A stretch of DNA of 64,000 nt, taken from Victivallales bacterium (GTDB lineage Bacteria; Verrucomicrobiota; Lentisphaeria; Victivallales; GWF2-38-69). The position numbers and the translations under genes are program-made. The first letter of the stretch is position 1, and every line of letters starts with the position of its first letter. The stretch is from positions 16,089-80,088 of the forward strand of contig CAXXMS010000004.1 of the NCBI GenBank assembly GCA_963678745.2, read 5' to 3'. Positions 20,060 to 29,197 of the stretch are shown in pieces. The notes beneath the pieces are model-generated. The model worked only from the letters and a program-made list of their open reading frames with translations. It had not been told where the DNA came from and ran no database searches.

Positions 20060-20638
20060 GGCTTGTGTATACGTTCATATTAGTCGGCTTAAGTTCAATA
20101 TCAAGACAATCTCTATTTCTTAGCAGATGCAGTGGAGATTCTGCAGGAGTAAAGCGTTCCCGCTGTTCCAGCAGGTTTGCAATGTATTCACTGCTGAAAG
20201 CACCAAGTTCAAGAGCATCTTCCAGTGCTGAAGCTGTTTTATTTCTGCCGTAACGGTCACACAGAGTCAATATCTTTCTTACATGATCTTTAGAGTTAAA
20301 TCTTTTTTCCTTCAGCCCTGCATAGTAATCAGGAGCTTTATCTGTAATTGTCAGAAATGAACATATCATCTTCTGTTCTCTGGCATTGCGTTTGTATTCA
20401 AGCAGCTTTCTTACATGTTCCGGATTTTCAAAGTCCATATGCCTTTCATATGATCTTTTATGCTCCGCTATAAGAGAGTTGTCATGATAGAACAGGAGTT
20501 TTTCAGGGTATATTTTAGCCGTAAGTACAGTGGAGGCAAAGTCGGCAGGAACTGAATATCTATTTGTATCAAAAATAACCCTGAATTGGCTGTTTGCTCT
20601 TACGGTTTTTATCGTAGAACAATCATATGGAAGTATAT
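20025..20638 (-). pseudogene. istA: IS21-family transposase IstA, C-terminal fragment
   Basis: LNILPYDCSTIKTVRANSQFRVIFDTNRYSVPADF...IAEHKRSYERH is the conserved IstA C-terminal region. The first 17 codons of ORF 20025..20690 are read-through from the neighbouring IS end. Confidence 0.75.
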
Positions 20639-20661
20639 TCAGGGATCTTGACTTGGAACAC

Positions 20662-21803
20662 TTACTGATGGCATGATTTTCCTGTTCCAAGCCTTTGATA
20701 CCTTAACAGCATATTAGTTCCAGGAAACTTCACATTTGCCTGGTTTATGATATCCAGCAGGCAGTCCATATTTTTATCCATTGCAATTGTTGGAAGGTTA
20801 TGAATTCTTACATATAGAGTTTTTTCTTCCTCTACAGGAATTAAATCTGCTTCAGTAACAAACACTTCTCTCAGCAAAGCTCTTGCCTGCTCAAATGATT
20901 TGAATTTATCTGCAATTGCAGCAGCCATGGAAGTTTCTGCCCTGTATGCGATCATTCTAACAGTATCAACTAAATGTTTTTTGCTTGATGACAGAGCTTT
21001 GAATGAATACTCATCGGGCAAATCCTCCACATTTATATGCTTCGGTGTATTTTTCTGCTCTTCTTTTTTTATCTCAAGCTCATTTTCAATTACTGTAATT
21101 TCTTCAGCTAATTCAGTCTTTACTTTTTCCCATTCTCTGTATTTCTTTAAATCGTTTTCAGCTTTTGGATGAATCGTGAAATCAGCGAATCTGCTTTTTC
21201 GGGTTTTGAGTTTTCCTGTAAGAGAATTTCTTTTTTTATCAAGGGCTCTCCACTGAGGAGAAACTATCGTTTCGGTGACATCAAGGTCCTTCTTTAAATA
21301 ATCGCTAAGTAAATCAATAGCAAAGTGTTTCATCATGTAGTTAAAGAAGTTTTCCTGACACCATCTTGCAAACATAAGTACTGCAGTAAGCATAATGGGC
21401 AGCGAAAATGCAGTTGTTATTATACTTGTCTGGTGATTGCTTTTTGTAAGTTTTCTTATTTCATGCACCCATAATCCCTTCTTTTTATCTCCGATATAAG
21501 TTCCGCGATCTGCAAGCTTCATATTAGTTTTTTCTCCGCTGATTAAATCAACTGTAATTTCTTCGAATTCAGATTTATCCCAGTCCTCTTTGGGATATTT
21601 GTGATATGTGATACAGGCAATCCTGTGCTTTGCCCACATATCCTTGAAAAATTCAGGGCTGTATCCTTCTCTGTCAAAGACGAGAATAAACCTGTACAGA
21701 TACGGATCAGCTTCAAGCATTTCTTTTGTAGGCTGGTTTGGAACATCATCAAGTAAACGCGGAACAATATCATTTCTTAAAACTTCCAGCATTCCGGGAT
21801 TTA
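20662..21803 (-). pseudogene. 747-aa transposase, fragment C (residues ~368-747 of the intact copy)
   Basis: ORF 20662..21810 equals the C-terminal 380 aa of ORF 57764..60007 except for one substitution (EEITVIENE vs EEIIVIENE). Confidence 0.9.
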
Positions 21804-23113
21804 TACTCAAACTGAATGAAAATACAGTTGCATGAGTTGTAATATCCTAATACAGCCTATATTGATAGATATGAATATCCAATTAACACTAGACGAAAAA
21901 ATAAAACTTGAAGCACAACATAAAAAAGAGCGAAACAGTAAGGCCTGTGACCGTATAAAAGCTGTGTTGCTTTCATCCGAGGGTTGGTCTCAATCACAAA
22001 TAGCTCAGGCATTAAGAATTCATGAAACAACAGTAACAACTCACCTTAAAGATTATTTGGATAATAAAAAATTGAAAAATGAAAGTGGCGGTTCAAGCAG
22101 CCTGTTGACTTCTGAACAAACTAATGAATTAATAAATCATTTAGAAAAAAATACCTACCCAAGCACTAAAGAGATCATTGCATATGTTTACAATGCTTAC
22201 GGCATAAAATATACTCAGCAGGGAATGTATAACTGGTTAAAGCATAATAGATTTTCTTATAAAGCTCCAAAAGGAGTCCCACTTAAGTACAATACCGAAA
22301 AGCAGGAAGCTTTTAAAGCAGAATATGATGAAATAAAGAATAACCTCAAAGAAAATGATAAAATATTTTTTATGGATAGTGTTCACCCAACTCAAGCCAC
22401 AAAAATCACATTAGGCTGGATAAGGAAAGGTGTTGAGAAAATGATAGCTACAGTTGCAGGCAGAAGCAGGATAAATCTTACAGGAGCAATAGATTTAGAA
22501 AGTATGTCTATTTTTACAAAAGAGTATAAAACAATAGATGGCAATGCTACATTAGATTTTCTGAGATATCTTGATGATTCAACCGCCTCTAGCGGTACCA
22601 TACATCTTATTGCAGACGGCGGAGGTGCTCATACATGTAAAGAAGTTGGTGCATATCTTGGAATAAAAGATCCTTTCAATAGAAAATATTTAGAAGACTA
22701 TTATCAGATAAAATTACCGGCTAATAATAAACAACTTACAGGGAGATTGAGAAAAAACCTGTATATGGTTTTGAAAAACGAACCTGAATTCTTTATAAAT
22801 AAGAAAATTTTAGAGGAAAAGAAAGTAACTGCTCAAATGTTACTTGACGCTTTGCAAAAGCCGCCTCCTCATAAAAAATTCATTTTGCATATACTTCCAC
22901 CCTACAGTCCAAATCTTAACCCGATTGAGCGTGTATGGAAAGTAATGAACGAACATGTAAGAAATAACAAAGTTTTTACCTCATTCAAAGAGTTTAAATC
23001 TGATGTTTTAGATTTTTTCAGAAATGAATGGGACAATATTTCTGAAACTTTAAGGTCACGTATTAATGATCATTTTGAAAAAATAAAACCAGTATTTTAA
23101 AATAGTTTGAGTA
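21804..23113 (+). mobile_element. IS630-family element (type 1), complete, with TA target duplication
   Basis: IRL is TACTCAAACTGAATGAAAATAC (21804) and IRR is the reverse complement of GTATTTTAAAATAGTTTGAGTA (ends 23113). TA flanks lie at 21802-21803 and 23114-23115, whereas the uninterrupted site in copy 2 (GAAATAAATCCC, ~58863) has a single TA. Confidence 0.9.
21871..23100 (+). CDS. IS630-family transposase with an enlarged D-to-E spacer
   Basis: ORF-track entry 21832..23100. The Met at 21871 (MNIQLTLDEK...) is the more likely start because 21832 lies next to the IR. HTH region: CDRIKAVLLSSEGWSQSQIAQALRIHETTV. Catalytic motifs: FFMDSVHP, LIADGGGAH and NPIERVW. Confidence 0.85.
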   Translation: MNIQLTLDEKIKLEAQHKKERNSKACDRIKAVLLSSEGWSQSQIAQALRIHETTVTTHLKDYLDNKKLKNESGGSSSLLTSEQTNELINHLEKNTYPSTKEIIAYVYNAYGIKYTQQGMYNWLKHNRFSYKAPKGVPLKYNTEKQEAFKAEYDEIKNNLKENDKIFFMDSVHPTQATKITLGWIRKGVEKMIATVAGRSRINLTGAIDLESMSIFTKEYKTIDGNATLDFLRYLDDSTASSGTIHLIADGGGAHTCKEVGAYLGIKDPFNRKYLEDYYQIKLPANNKQLTGRLRKNLYMVLKNEPEFFINKKILEEKKVTAQMLLDALQKPPPHKKFILHILPPYSPNLNPIERVWKVMNEHVRNNKVFTSFKEFKSDVLDFFRNEWDNISETLRSRINDHFEKIKPVF

Positions 23114-23345
23114 TATTTCTTTTCGAATAACAAAAAATGGCTGCCCAAGCTTGTCGTTTACCCAGAAATCCATCACTCCCTTGAGGCAGAGTTTCTGTCT
23201 GGAAACAAACTGCTTTGGTAATTTTTCTTTTCCTCCGTATAATCTTACATGACCGTCAATATAAAGTACTCCTGATAAATCAGGCTCTTCATCCATCCAT
23301 TTTCTGCATAAAATTTCACTCCATTTTTCTGAAGCTCCGTTACTG
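23114..23345 (-). pseudogene. 747-aa transposase, fragment B (residues ~293-367)
   Basis: ORF 23063..23296 (MDEEPDLSGVLYIDGHVRLYGGKEKLPKQFVSRQKLCLKGVMDFWVNDKLGQPFFVIRKEI) is identical to the intact copy. Its tail is read-through into the IS630 IR. Confidence 0.9.
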
Positions 23346-23407
23346 GTAAACGTAAAATCTGTCCATATATATGATTTATGTACAATCAGTCAATTCTTAC
23401 ATCAGTG

Positions 23408-24940
23408 TTATATATTCCTGGCTTCAGCCCATTTGTCCGGAAGTAATTCAAAGAGTCTGTTGTTTTGGTGTGTCATCAGCCTTTTGAAGATATCAGTCAT
23501 ATATTCAAATGGTTCTATTCCCATAATCCTGCATGTTTGAATAAGCGAGTATATAACAGCAGCAGCTTCACCTGCTCTTTTACTTCCAAAGAAAAGCCAG
23601 TTTTTTCTGCCGAGTACAACTTTTCTTAATCCTCTTTCAGCAGTATTATTTTCCATTCTGATATTTGGATCATTCAGATAGAGTCTGAAGTTATTTTCAT
23701 ATTTAAGCATATATCCTATAGCTTTTGCCAGATTGGATTTTGGTAGCAGTGTACCTTCTACTACTTTTTCTCTGAGCATTGTGAAAATTTCATCAATAAT
23801 TTTAAGTTCATGTTCCTGTCTTATTTTCAGCCTTGTTTGCGAATCAGCTTTCCATGCCAGCCTTTCAAACATAAACAAATACCTGATCTTTCTCAGGACA
23901 TTATCTCTGAGTTTCAAGTCAATAGATTTTACTTCTTCAAAATATCTGCGTGCATGACACCAGCATGCAGCCCGGTCAATACATGAGCTTTCATCAGCAT
24001 CAAGCTTTACATATGCCTCATATGCATCAGCATGAATGACACCTTCAAAATTTTTAAGAAAATTTGTTGGATAGAAATGACTTCTGTCGGGGCTGAAGGA
24101 ATATATCTGATATGGAGGTGCATTGGGATTGGCACAGGAGTATATCCATATTCTTGTAGTTTTTGTTTTACCATTGCCTGGGTCAAGCATATTTACAGCG
24201 GTATCATCTGTAAATAGATAACCTGATTTAAAAAGATTTTCTCTCATCTGATCATATATAGGTGTCAATTTAAGGCCAATATTCATAATAAGCGAACTTA
24301 ATGTCTGCCGTGTTACTTTTATATCATGAGCTGCAAGCTTTTCCTGTATTCTGTATATTGGCATATGGTATGCATATTTTTCAGTAACAATATGAGCCAT
24401 AAATTCCGGTGTAAACTTTGAACCTGTAACAATACAGTCAGGAACAGAACACTGAACAACGCCGGCAAGTGAATTGTTTTTTACTGCGTATTTAACTGTA
24501 ACTGTTCTGTGTATATAGTAGGAAGATGTTCTGTACCCAAGCTTCTCTGTAACATCACGACCTATTTCTACTAACTCTTCTCCCGTTTCAGGGTGTATTC
24601 TGTTTTCAGGAGGAATATCTATTACTTCCTCTTTGACATCCAGAGTATCGGGGTACTCTACTTTATACTGATTTTTATTTTTGCTTTTCTTTTTACGTTT
24701 ATGCTCAGGAATTACCTTCAACCCTACTTTTGTTTCATCTTTTTCTGGAATATTCAATCCCGGAAGTACAGGCAATTCAGGAGGAAATTCTTCTATAAAA
24801 CGCTCTGATTTTTGTCCAAACACCTGTCTCTTAAACCACTCAAGCTGTTCTTTAAGACAAAGTAGCTCGGCTTCCAGAAAGCGGTTTTTACTCTCAAGCT
24901 CTTCTATTGTTTTAACTGATTGTTCTACTGTTGCATCCAT
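23408..24940 (-). CDS. tnpC: IS66-family transposase TnpC
   Basis: 510 aa with an N-terminal coiled coil (LEAELLCLKEQLEWFKRQVFGQKSERF), the DDE region (LFTDDTAVNMLDPGNGKTKTTRIWIY; IHADAYEAY) and a C-terminal NTAERGLRKVVLGRKNWLF motif. Confidence 0.9.
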   Translation of the reverse strand: MDATVEQSVKTIEELESKNRFLEAELLCLKEQLEWFKRQVFGQKSERFIEEFPPELPVLPGLNIPEKDETKVGLKVIPEHKRKKKSKNKNQYKVEYPDTLDVKEEVIDIPPENRIHPETGEELVEIGRDVTEKLGYRTSSYYIHRTVTVKYAVKNNSLAGVVQCSVPDCIVTGSKFTPEFMAHIVTEKYAYHMPIYRIQEKLAAHDIKVTRQTLSSLIMNIGLKLTPIYDQMRENLFKSGYLFTDDTAVNMLDPGNGKTKTTRIWIYSCANPNAPPYQIYSFSPDRSHFYPTNFLKNFEGVIHADAYEAYVKLDADESSCIDRAACWCHARRYFEEVKSIDLKLRDNVLRKIRYLFMFERLAWKADSQTRLKIRQEHELKIIDEIFTMLREKVVEGTLLPKSNLAKAIGYMLKYENNFRLYLNDPNIRMENNTAERGLRKVVLGRKNWLFFGSKRAGEAAAVIYSLIQTCRIMGIEPFEYMTDIFKRLMTHQNNRLFELLPDKWAEARNI

Positions 24941-24988
24941 ATAAAAAGATACAGCGCAACAGTATTATTTACACTCAAAATTTAGATT

Positions 24989-25327
24989 TCAGCTAACTTT
25001 TTTCAAGTTGAATCTTTTATCCAGACTACTGGGTTTTATACCTTCAAAAAGCATTAGAAAGTCTCGTCTTGAAAGTTCTGTTCTACCTCTGTCATCTATG
25101 ATAAATCTACCTTTTTCAAGACGTTTATAGTAAATTTCAAAACCATCGCCATCAAATCTTAATACTTTAATTTTATCTTTAAGTCTGTTTAGAAAAACAA
25201 AACAGCTTCCACTTAGAAGTTTGCCGGGAAAAGATGACTCAACTAATCCGCTCAAACCTTCAAAACTCATATGCATATTTGCAGGCCTATCGTATAAATA
25301 TATTAATGAATGACTGATATTGATCAT
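24989..25327 (-). CDS. tnpB: IS66 Orf2 (TnpB-like accessory protein)
   Basis: VFLNRLKDKIKVLRFDGDGFEIYYKRLEKGRFI matches the IS66 Orf2 signature. It overlaps tnpA by 4 nt. Confidence 0.9.
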   Translation of the reverse strand: MINISHSLIYLYDRPANMHMSFEGLSGLVESSFPGKLLSGSCFVFLNRLKDKIKVLRFDGDGFEIYYKRLEKGRFIIDDRGRTELSRRDFLMLFEGIKPSSLDKRFNLKKVS

Positions 25328-25674
25328 AACACCTCCAGCAGTGCTTTAACAGCTCTCTGAAAATCCTTTACTTCAAATCCTCTGCTGAGACAAATATTAA
25401 CAGATTCACCAATCGAAATATTAACTCCTGATAACTTTGACTGAACTTCTTCAGATAATAACCTTGAATCATTGAACTTCATCCTGACAAAACTACTTGT
25501 AACCGCAGCTGCAACTTCTACATCAAGCTTCTTTAACTTGCTGTACCAGCCATGAAATGTACTGCAGGGAATATTCATTCTGCGGCAGTACTCATGCTGA
25601 CTTAAACCTGATGCAGACCACTTAGATACTTCATGCTTCCACTTGACTATATTCTCGGATTTATGATTCGCCAT
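25324..25674 (-). CDS. tnpA: IS66 Orf1 (TnpA, HTH accessory protein)
   Basis: 116 aa, first ORF of the IS66 operon, with WKHEVSKWSASGLSQHEYCRRMNIPCSTFHGWYSKL as an HTH-like segment. Confidence 0.8.
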   Translation of the reverse strand: MANHKSENIVKWKHEVSKWSASGLSQHEYCRRMNIPCSTFHGWYSKLKKLDVEVAAAVTSSFVRMKFNDSRLLSEEVQSKLSGVNISIGESVNICLSRGFEVKDFQRAVKALLEVL

Positions 25675-25773
25675 TACTGAACCTCCTCAAAGATGTTAAT
25701 AATTCATTACAGAAATATTATAAAATTAACACTGTGAAAGAAGATTAAAAGATGGGGGCTAATTGACGCTTAC

Positions 25774-26625
25774 CCGCAGGCATTTTACTTCAGGAATGCG
25801 GTCTAAGCCGATAAGTTTACCAAATTCACCGGGAGATTCCCAGCGAAGTTTCTCTACTGTCTTTATTCGGCAGAGAGCCATGAATCCTAAAAGTGTTAAT
25901 ACATGAAGAACAGAATAGTATCCTTTAAATTCTCCGAAACACTCTTCGCTGTGATAATAAAGTCCATTAGCTGCAAGTGCAGGCAAGGCAGCAAGTACAC
26001 CCGCATTTGATACATCATTACAGCGTTGAAAAGTACTTCCCGTAATCCCGTTAAGACCAAATGCACACAACGTCCGATCTAAAACATTGGTGCATGCTAC
26101 ACCAAATATTTCCGCTACATTAGTATCTGCAGCACTGCGTTCTGATTTATCTGAAATACTATCTTCAGAAGATATAACATAGTTTATACGTCCATCCTGA
26201 ACTGCTTTAGATAGTGCGGAATAACCAACTCCTATTTTTCCGGCTGTTTCTCTGCGGGTAAAACCAAGCGATAATAACTCTTCAGCCTTTTTTATCTTTG
26301 CCTCTGTCAGCACCTTTCCTTTGCGTTTTCCTTTTCCACTGATATTAATAAAACCATCACTGCCAAGTTCATTATATTTTTTGCAATTACGAATTACGCT
26401 TCGGGGAGAAACTTTAAAGGTCCTTTGAATATCAACATTACGGCAGGTGCCGGAGGCTATTAATGCAGAACTTATCATTCGGAAAGAGTTCTTATCGTCT
26501 GCTTTATGTATAAAAACAGGAAGATAACTATGAAAGTATGTCCATTTATCATTCTCCTGAATAACTGATAGATTTTGAGATATTTGACTTGCACCTTCAG
26601 GTAATATAGGTAATAGTTCCTGCAT
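25774..26625 (-). pseudogene. 747-aa transposase, fragment A (residues 1-284)
   Basis: ORF 25759..26625 is identical to the N-terminus of ORF 57764..60007 up to ...IPEVKCLR. It then reads into the IS66 end (VSVN*). Confidence 0.9.
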
Positions 26626-26801
26626 AAGAAAGACTCTTTCTTGTTTATATTTTATCGTGAAATATATAATTAAGGTGTTTTTCTTATTTTCCTCAAAGCT
26701 CTAAAACTATTTTGCAGTAGATTTTTTATAACTCATTTATTATATAGGGTTTAGCATGAATACACGCTCTTGTGACGATTTATCCAGATCAGGAGTCCTG
26801 A

Positions 26802-28065
26802 AGGTACGGCTCTTGAAAATCCTAAATCAAAACGCGGATGTTCAAAACATAAACGCAATGACTGTCCACAAATAGTTGTAGGAATGGTTTTTGATAATAA
26901 CGGTTTTGAAGTTGGACATAAAATTTTTGAAGGTAACCGAAATGATGCAACAACTATTCCCGATATGCTGTCAGAATTGAAAAATGCTGTTGGGCAGACA
27001 GATGATGTTCTTCTGGATACTTTAAAGCCAATTGTTATTCTTGACGGAGGGATTGCAACAAAAAAGAATTTGCTTTTGCTAAAATCTGAAGGATTCAGTT
27101 ATCTTGTAAATGATAGTCGCCGTGGAAGAAAAAAGTATAAGGATGAATTTTTAGCTGATGAGAAAACATTTACAGCTATTTCGGGAAGAGAAGATAAAAC
27201 AAATGTTCTTGTAAAACTCATTTCAGATCCTTTTAATGAACAAAATGGTACAGAAGACAATATTGTGCTATGCAAGAGCTCCGCACGCCGGGAGAAAGAA
27301 TATGCAATATGCTCAAAAATGGAGGAACGTTTTGTTGCCGGTCTTGAAAAAATCAAAGCGGGCATTGAAAAAAAAGGTGGTGTAAAAACTCCGGAAATTA
27401 TTCAAAGGCGAATTGGTAAATTGCAAAAACAGTTTTCCAGGGCCGCAAAATACTATAATGTAGAACTCAAAAAAACAGAAGATAAAAATGTACTGAACTG
27501 GACTTTGGATGATGAAAAATATGGAATTGATGATGAACTGTTTGGATGCTATGTAATAAGAACCGACAGAAAGGAATATGATGAAAATGAAATCTGGAAT
27601 CTTTATATGACACTTACAAAAGCGGAGGACGGATTTAGAATGTTAAAGTCAAATCTCGGAATCAGACCGAACTTCCATAGAATTGAAGATAGGGTGGATG
27701 CTCATGTTTTTATTACAGTTCTGGCTTATCATTTACTGCACTTCATTATGTACAAATTCAAACAGCGTGACGATCATAGAAGCTGGCCGACAATCAGAAG
27801 GATATTGTCTACACATTCGTATTCCACAATTAAAGTACCAACAAATTCAAATCAAATACATAGAATCAGAAAAGCAGGCTTGCCTGATGAAACCCAGAAA
27901 GATATTTACAGATATCTTGGCATTGACTGGAAAAACCTGCCCAAATCTCATGTGGTACTCAACTGCGTGAAAAAATAATTCTTGCTCATTGAAAACTTTT
28001 TGTCGTGCCTTAATTTTTCGGTTGTTGACTATCAGGGAGTTACAAATCAAGGTGCGAAACTCGGG
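26802..28065 (+). mobile_element. IS1634-like element, C-terminal half (partner half at 60031-61072)
   Basis: Starts exactly at the left end of IS copy 1. The outer terminus ...GGTGCGAAACTCGGG (~28065) resembles the outer terminus of the other half, ...TATGCGAAAGATGGG (~61072). The outer coordinate is approximate. Confidence 0.7.
26803..27978 (+). pseudogene. IS1634-family transposase, C-terminal ~390 codons
   Basis: The frame of ORF 26884..27978 is open back to 26803 (GTALENPKSKRGCSKHKRNDCPQIVVGMVFDNNGFEVGHKIFEGNRNDATT...). The C-terminal block reads FGCYVIRTDRKEYDENEIWNLYMTLTKAEDGFRMLKSNLGIRPNFHRIEDRVDAHVFITVLAYHL. Confidence 0.85.
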
Positions 28066-28386
28066 CTAAATATAAGTTATGTGGATTTCGATTTAAATAA
28101 AAAAAAGAATTTTAATATATAGTTGTTTAGAGCAAGAGGAATATTATACCTAAAATTAATTGGTTATAGAAAAAATCAAGAAATTATCGAGGTTACCTCT
28201 AGCAAAATAAACCAAAAACAAAAATACCTCCGGTATATTTCATATTTAAAAGTCCCTGCATTGATAATTATGTTTTCTTTTCCCAAAAAGATAGTAACTT
28301 ATAACCGACAAATAAGAGAAAGTAACAGTAACTAATAGATTTGTTTTACAGCAATCTCAATATTAAAACTCATAGTTGAGGTTAAA

Positions 28387-29193
28387 ATGAAAAATTTAAA
28401 AATATTCGTAACAAATGACGACGGTATACGATCTCCCGGAATTTATGCGGCAGTACAGGCAGTTAAACATTTGGGAGAAATAATAATAGCAGCCCCTTCA
28501 ACTCAACAAACAGCTATGGGGCGAAGTTTAAAAGGCAATAAGAATGCAGTTTTTAAGACAGTAAAATTTGAAATAGATGAACAACACTTTGAGGCTTATG
28601 AATGTGAATGCTCTCCAGCAGTTGTGGTAAAACACAGCATGGCTGTTCTTTTTCAAAAAGAAAAACCTGATTTAGTTGTTTCAGGAATTAATTATGGAGA
28701 AAACATAGGCGCTACAATTACAAGTTCAGGTACAGTTGGCGCGGCCTTAGAAGGAGCAACATATGGAATACCCTCAATTGCTATATCTAAAGAAACAGAC
28801 TTTGTTTCACACCATAAATACACAGAACAAAATTGGACAGGAACACAATATTTTCTTAGTCTGTTTGCAGAAAAAATGTTAAACCGTAAACTACCATCAG
28901 ATGTAGATCTATTAAAAATTGATGTTCCTGATGATGCAACATCAAAAACTCCCTGGCATATTACACGTCAGGCTAAAACTCCCTATTACTCAAGTATTAT
29001 GAAAAATCCTTCACTGAAAAGTAAACTTGGAGATTCAAAAATAACAATAGATCTTGATATTCCAACCCTTAAAACTAATACTGACATCTATAAGATTTAC
29101 GTAGAGAAAAACGTATCTGTAACTCCTATAAGTATAGATCTAACATCCAGAGCAAATTTCAATGAATTGTACAATTTATTAAACGAGGTTTAA
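28387..29193 (+). CDS. surE: 5'/3'-nucleotidase SurE
   Basis: MKNLKIFVTNDDGIRSPGI and SGINYGENIGATITSSGTVGAALEG are canonical SurE motifs. Confidence 0.9.
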   Translation: MKNLKIFVTNDDGIRSPGIYAAVQAVKHLGEIIIAAPSTQQTAMGRSLKGNKNAVFKTVKFEIDEQHFEAYECECSPAVVVKHSMAVLFQKEKPDLVVSGINYGENIGATITSSGTVGAALEGATYGIPSIAISKETDFVSHHKYTEQNWTGTQYFLSLFAEKMLNRKLPSDVDLLKIDVPDDATSKTPWHITRQAKTPYYSSIMKNPSLKSKLGDSKITIDLDIPTLKTNTDIYKIYVEKNVSVTPISIDLTSRANFNELYNLLNEV

Positions 29194-29197
29194 AGCA

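Larger units (their letters stand above)
19166..20638 (-). mobile_element. IS21-family remnant (istB intact, istA lacking its N-terminal half)
   Basis: istB plus the C-terminal part of istA in the usual overlapping arrangement. The outer end starts TGTTAGCAGC at 19166 (approximate). The inner side is cut at 20638 by the right end of the 2.4-kb IS. Confidence 0.7.
23346..25773 (-). mobile_element. IS66-family element, complete (tnpA-tnpB-tnpC)
   Basis: Three-ORF IS66 organisation. The termini are GTAAACGTAAAATC (23346) and the reverse complement of GTAAGCGTCAATTAG (ends 25773), the characteristic GTAAGCG-type IS66 ends. Confidence 0.9.
20639..26801 (-). mobile_element. 2.4-kb unclassified IS, copy 1 (dead: carries nested IS630 and IS66 insertions)
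   Basis: Near-identical to copy 2 (57587-60030) in three blocks, 20639-21803, 23114-23345 and 25774-26801, in reverse orientation. The ends are TCAGGGATCTTGAC (20639, right end) and ...CAGGAGTCCTGA (26801, left end). Confidence 0.9.

Noticed and set aside
21832-21870. The first 13 codons of ORF 21832..23100 (MSCNILIQPILID)
   Set aside because: The start lies immediately inside the IS630 terminal repeat region. The Met at 21871 begins the sequence that aligns with the HTH start of the other IS630 transposase, so the upstream extension is probably not translated.
28221-28245. The 18-nt motif AAAAATACCT[C/T]CGGTATA, present upstream of surE (~28225) and upstream of the small secreted protein gene (~54888), containing a 5-bp palindrome ATACC/GGTAT
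   Set aside because: A rough estimate for an 18-mer with one mismatch recurring once in 64 kb searched on both strands gives an expectation of order one or more, and higher in AT-rich DNA. This is not significant without more copies.
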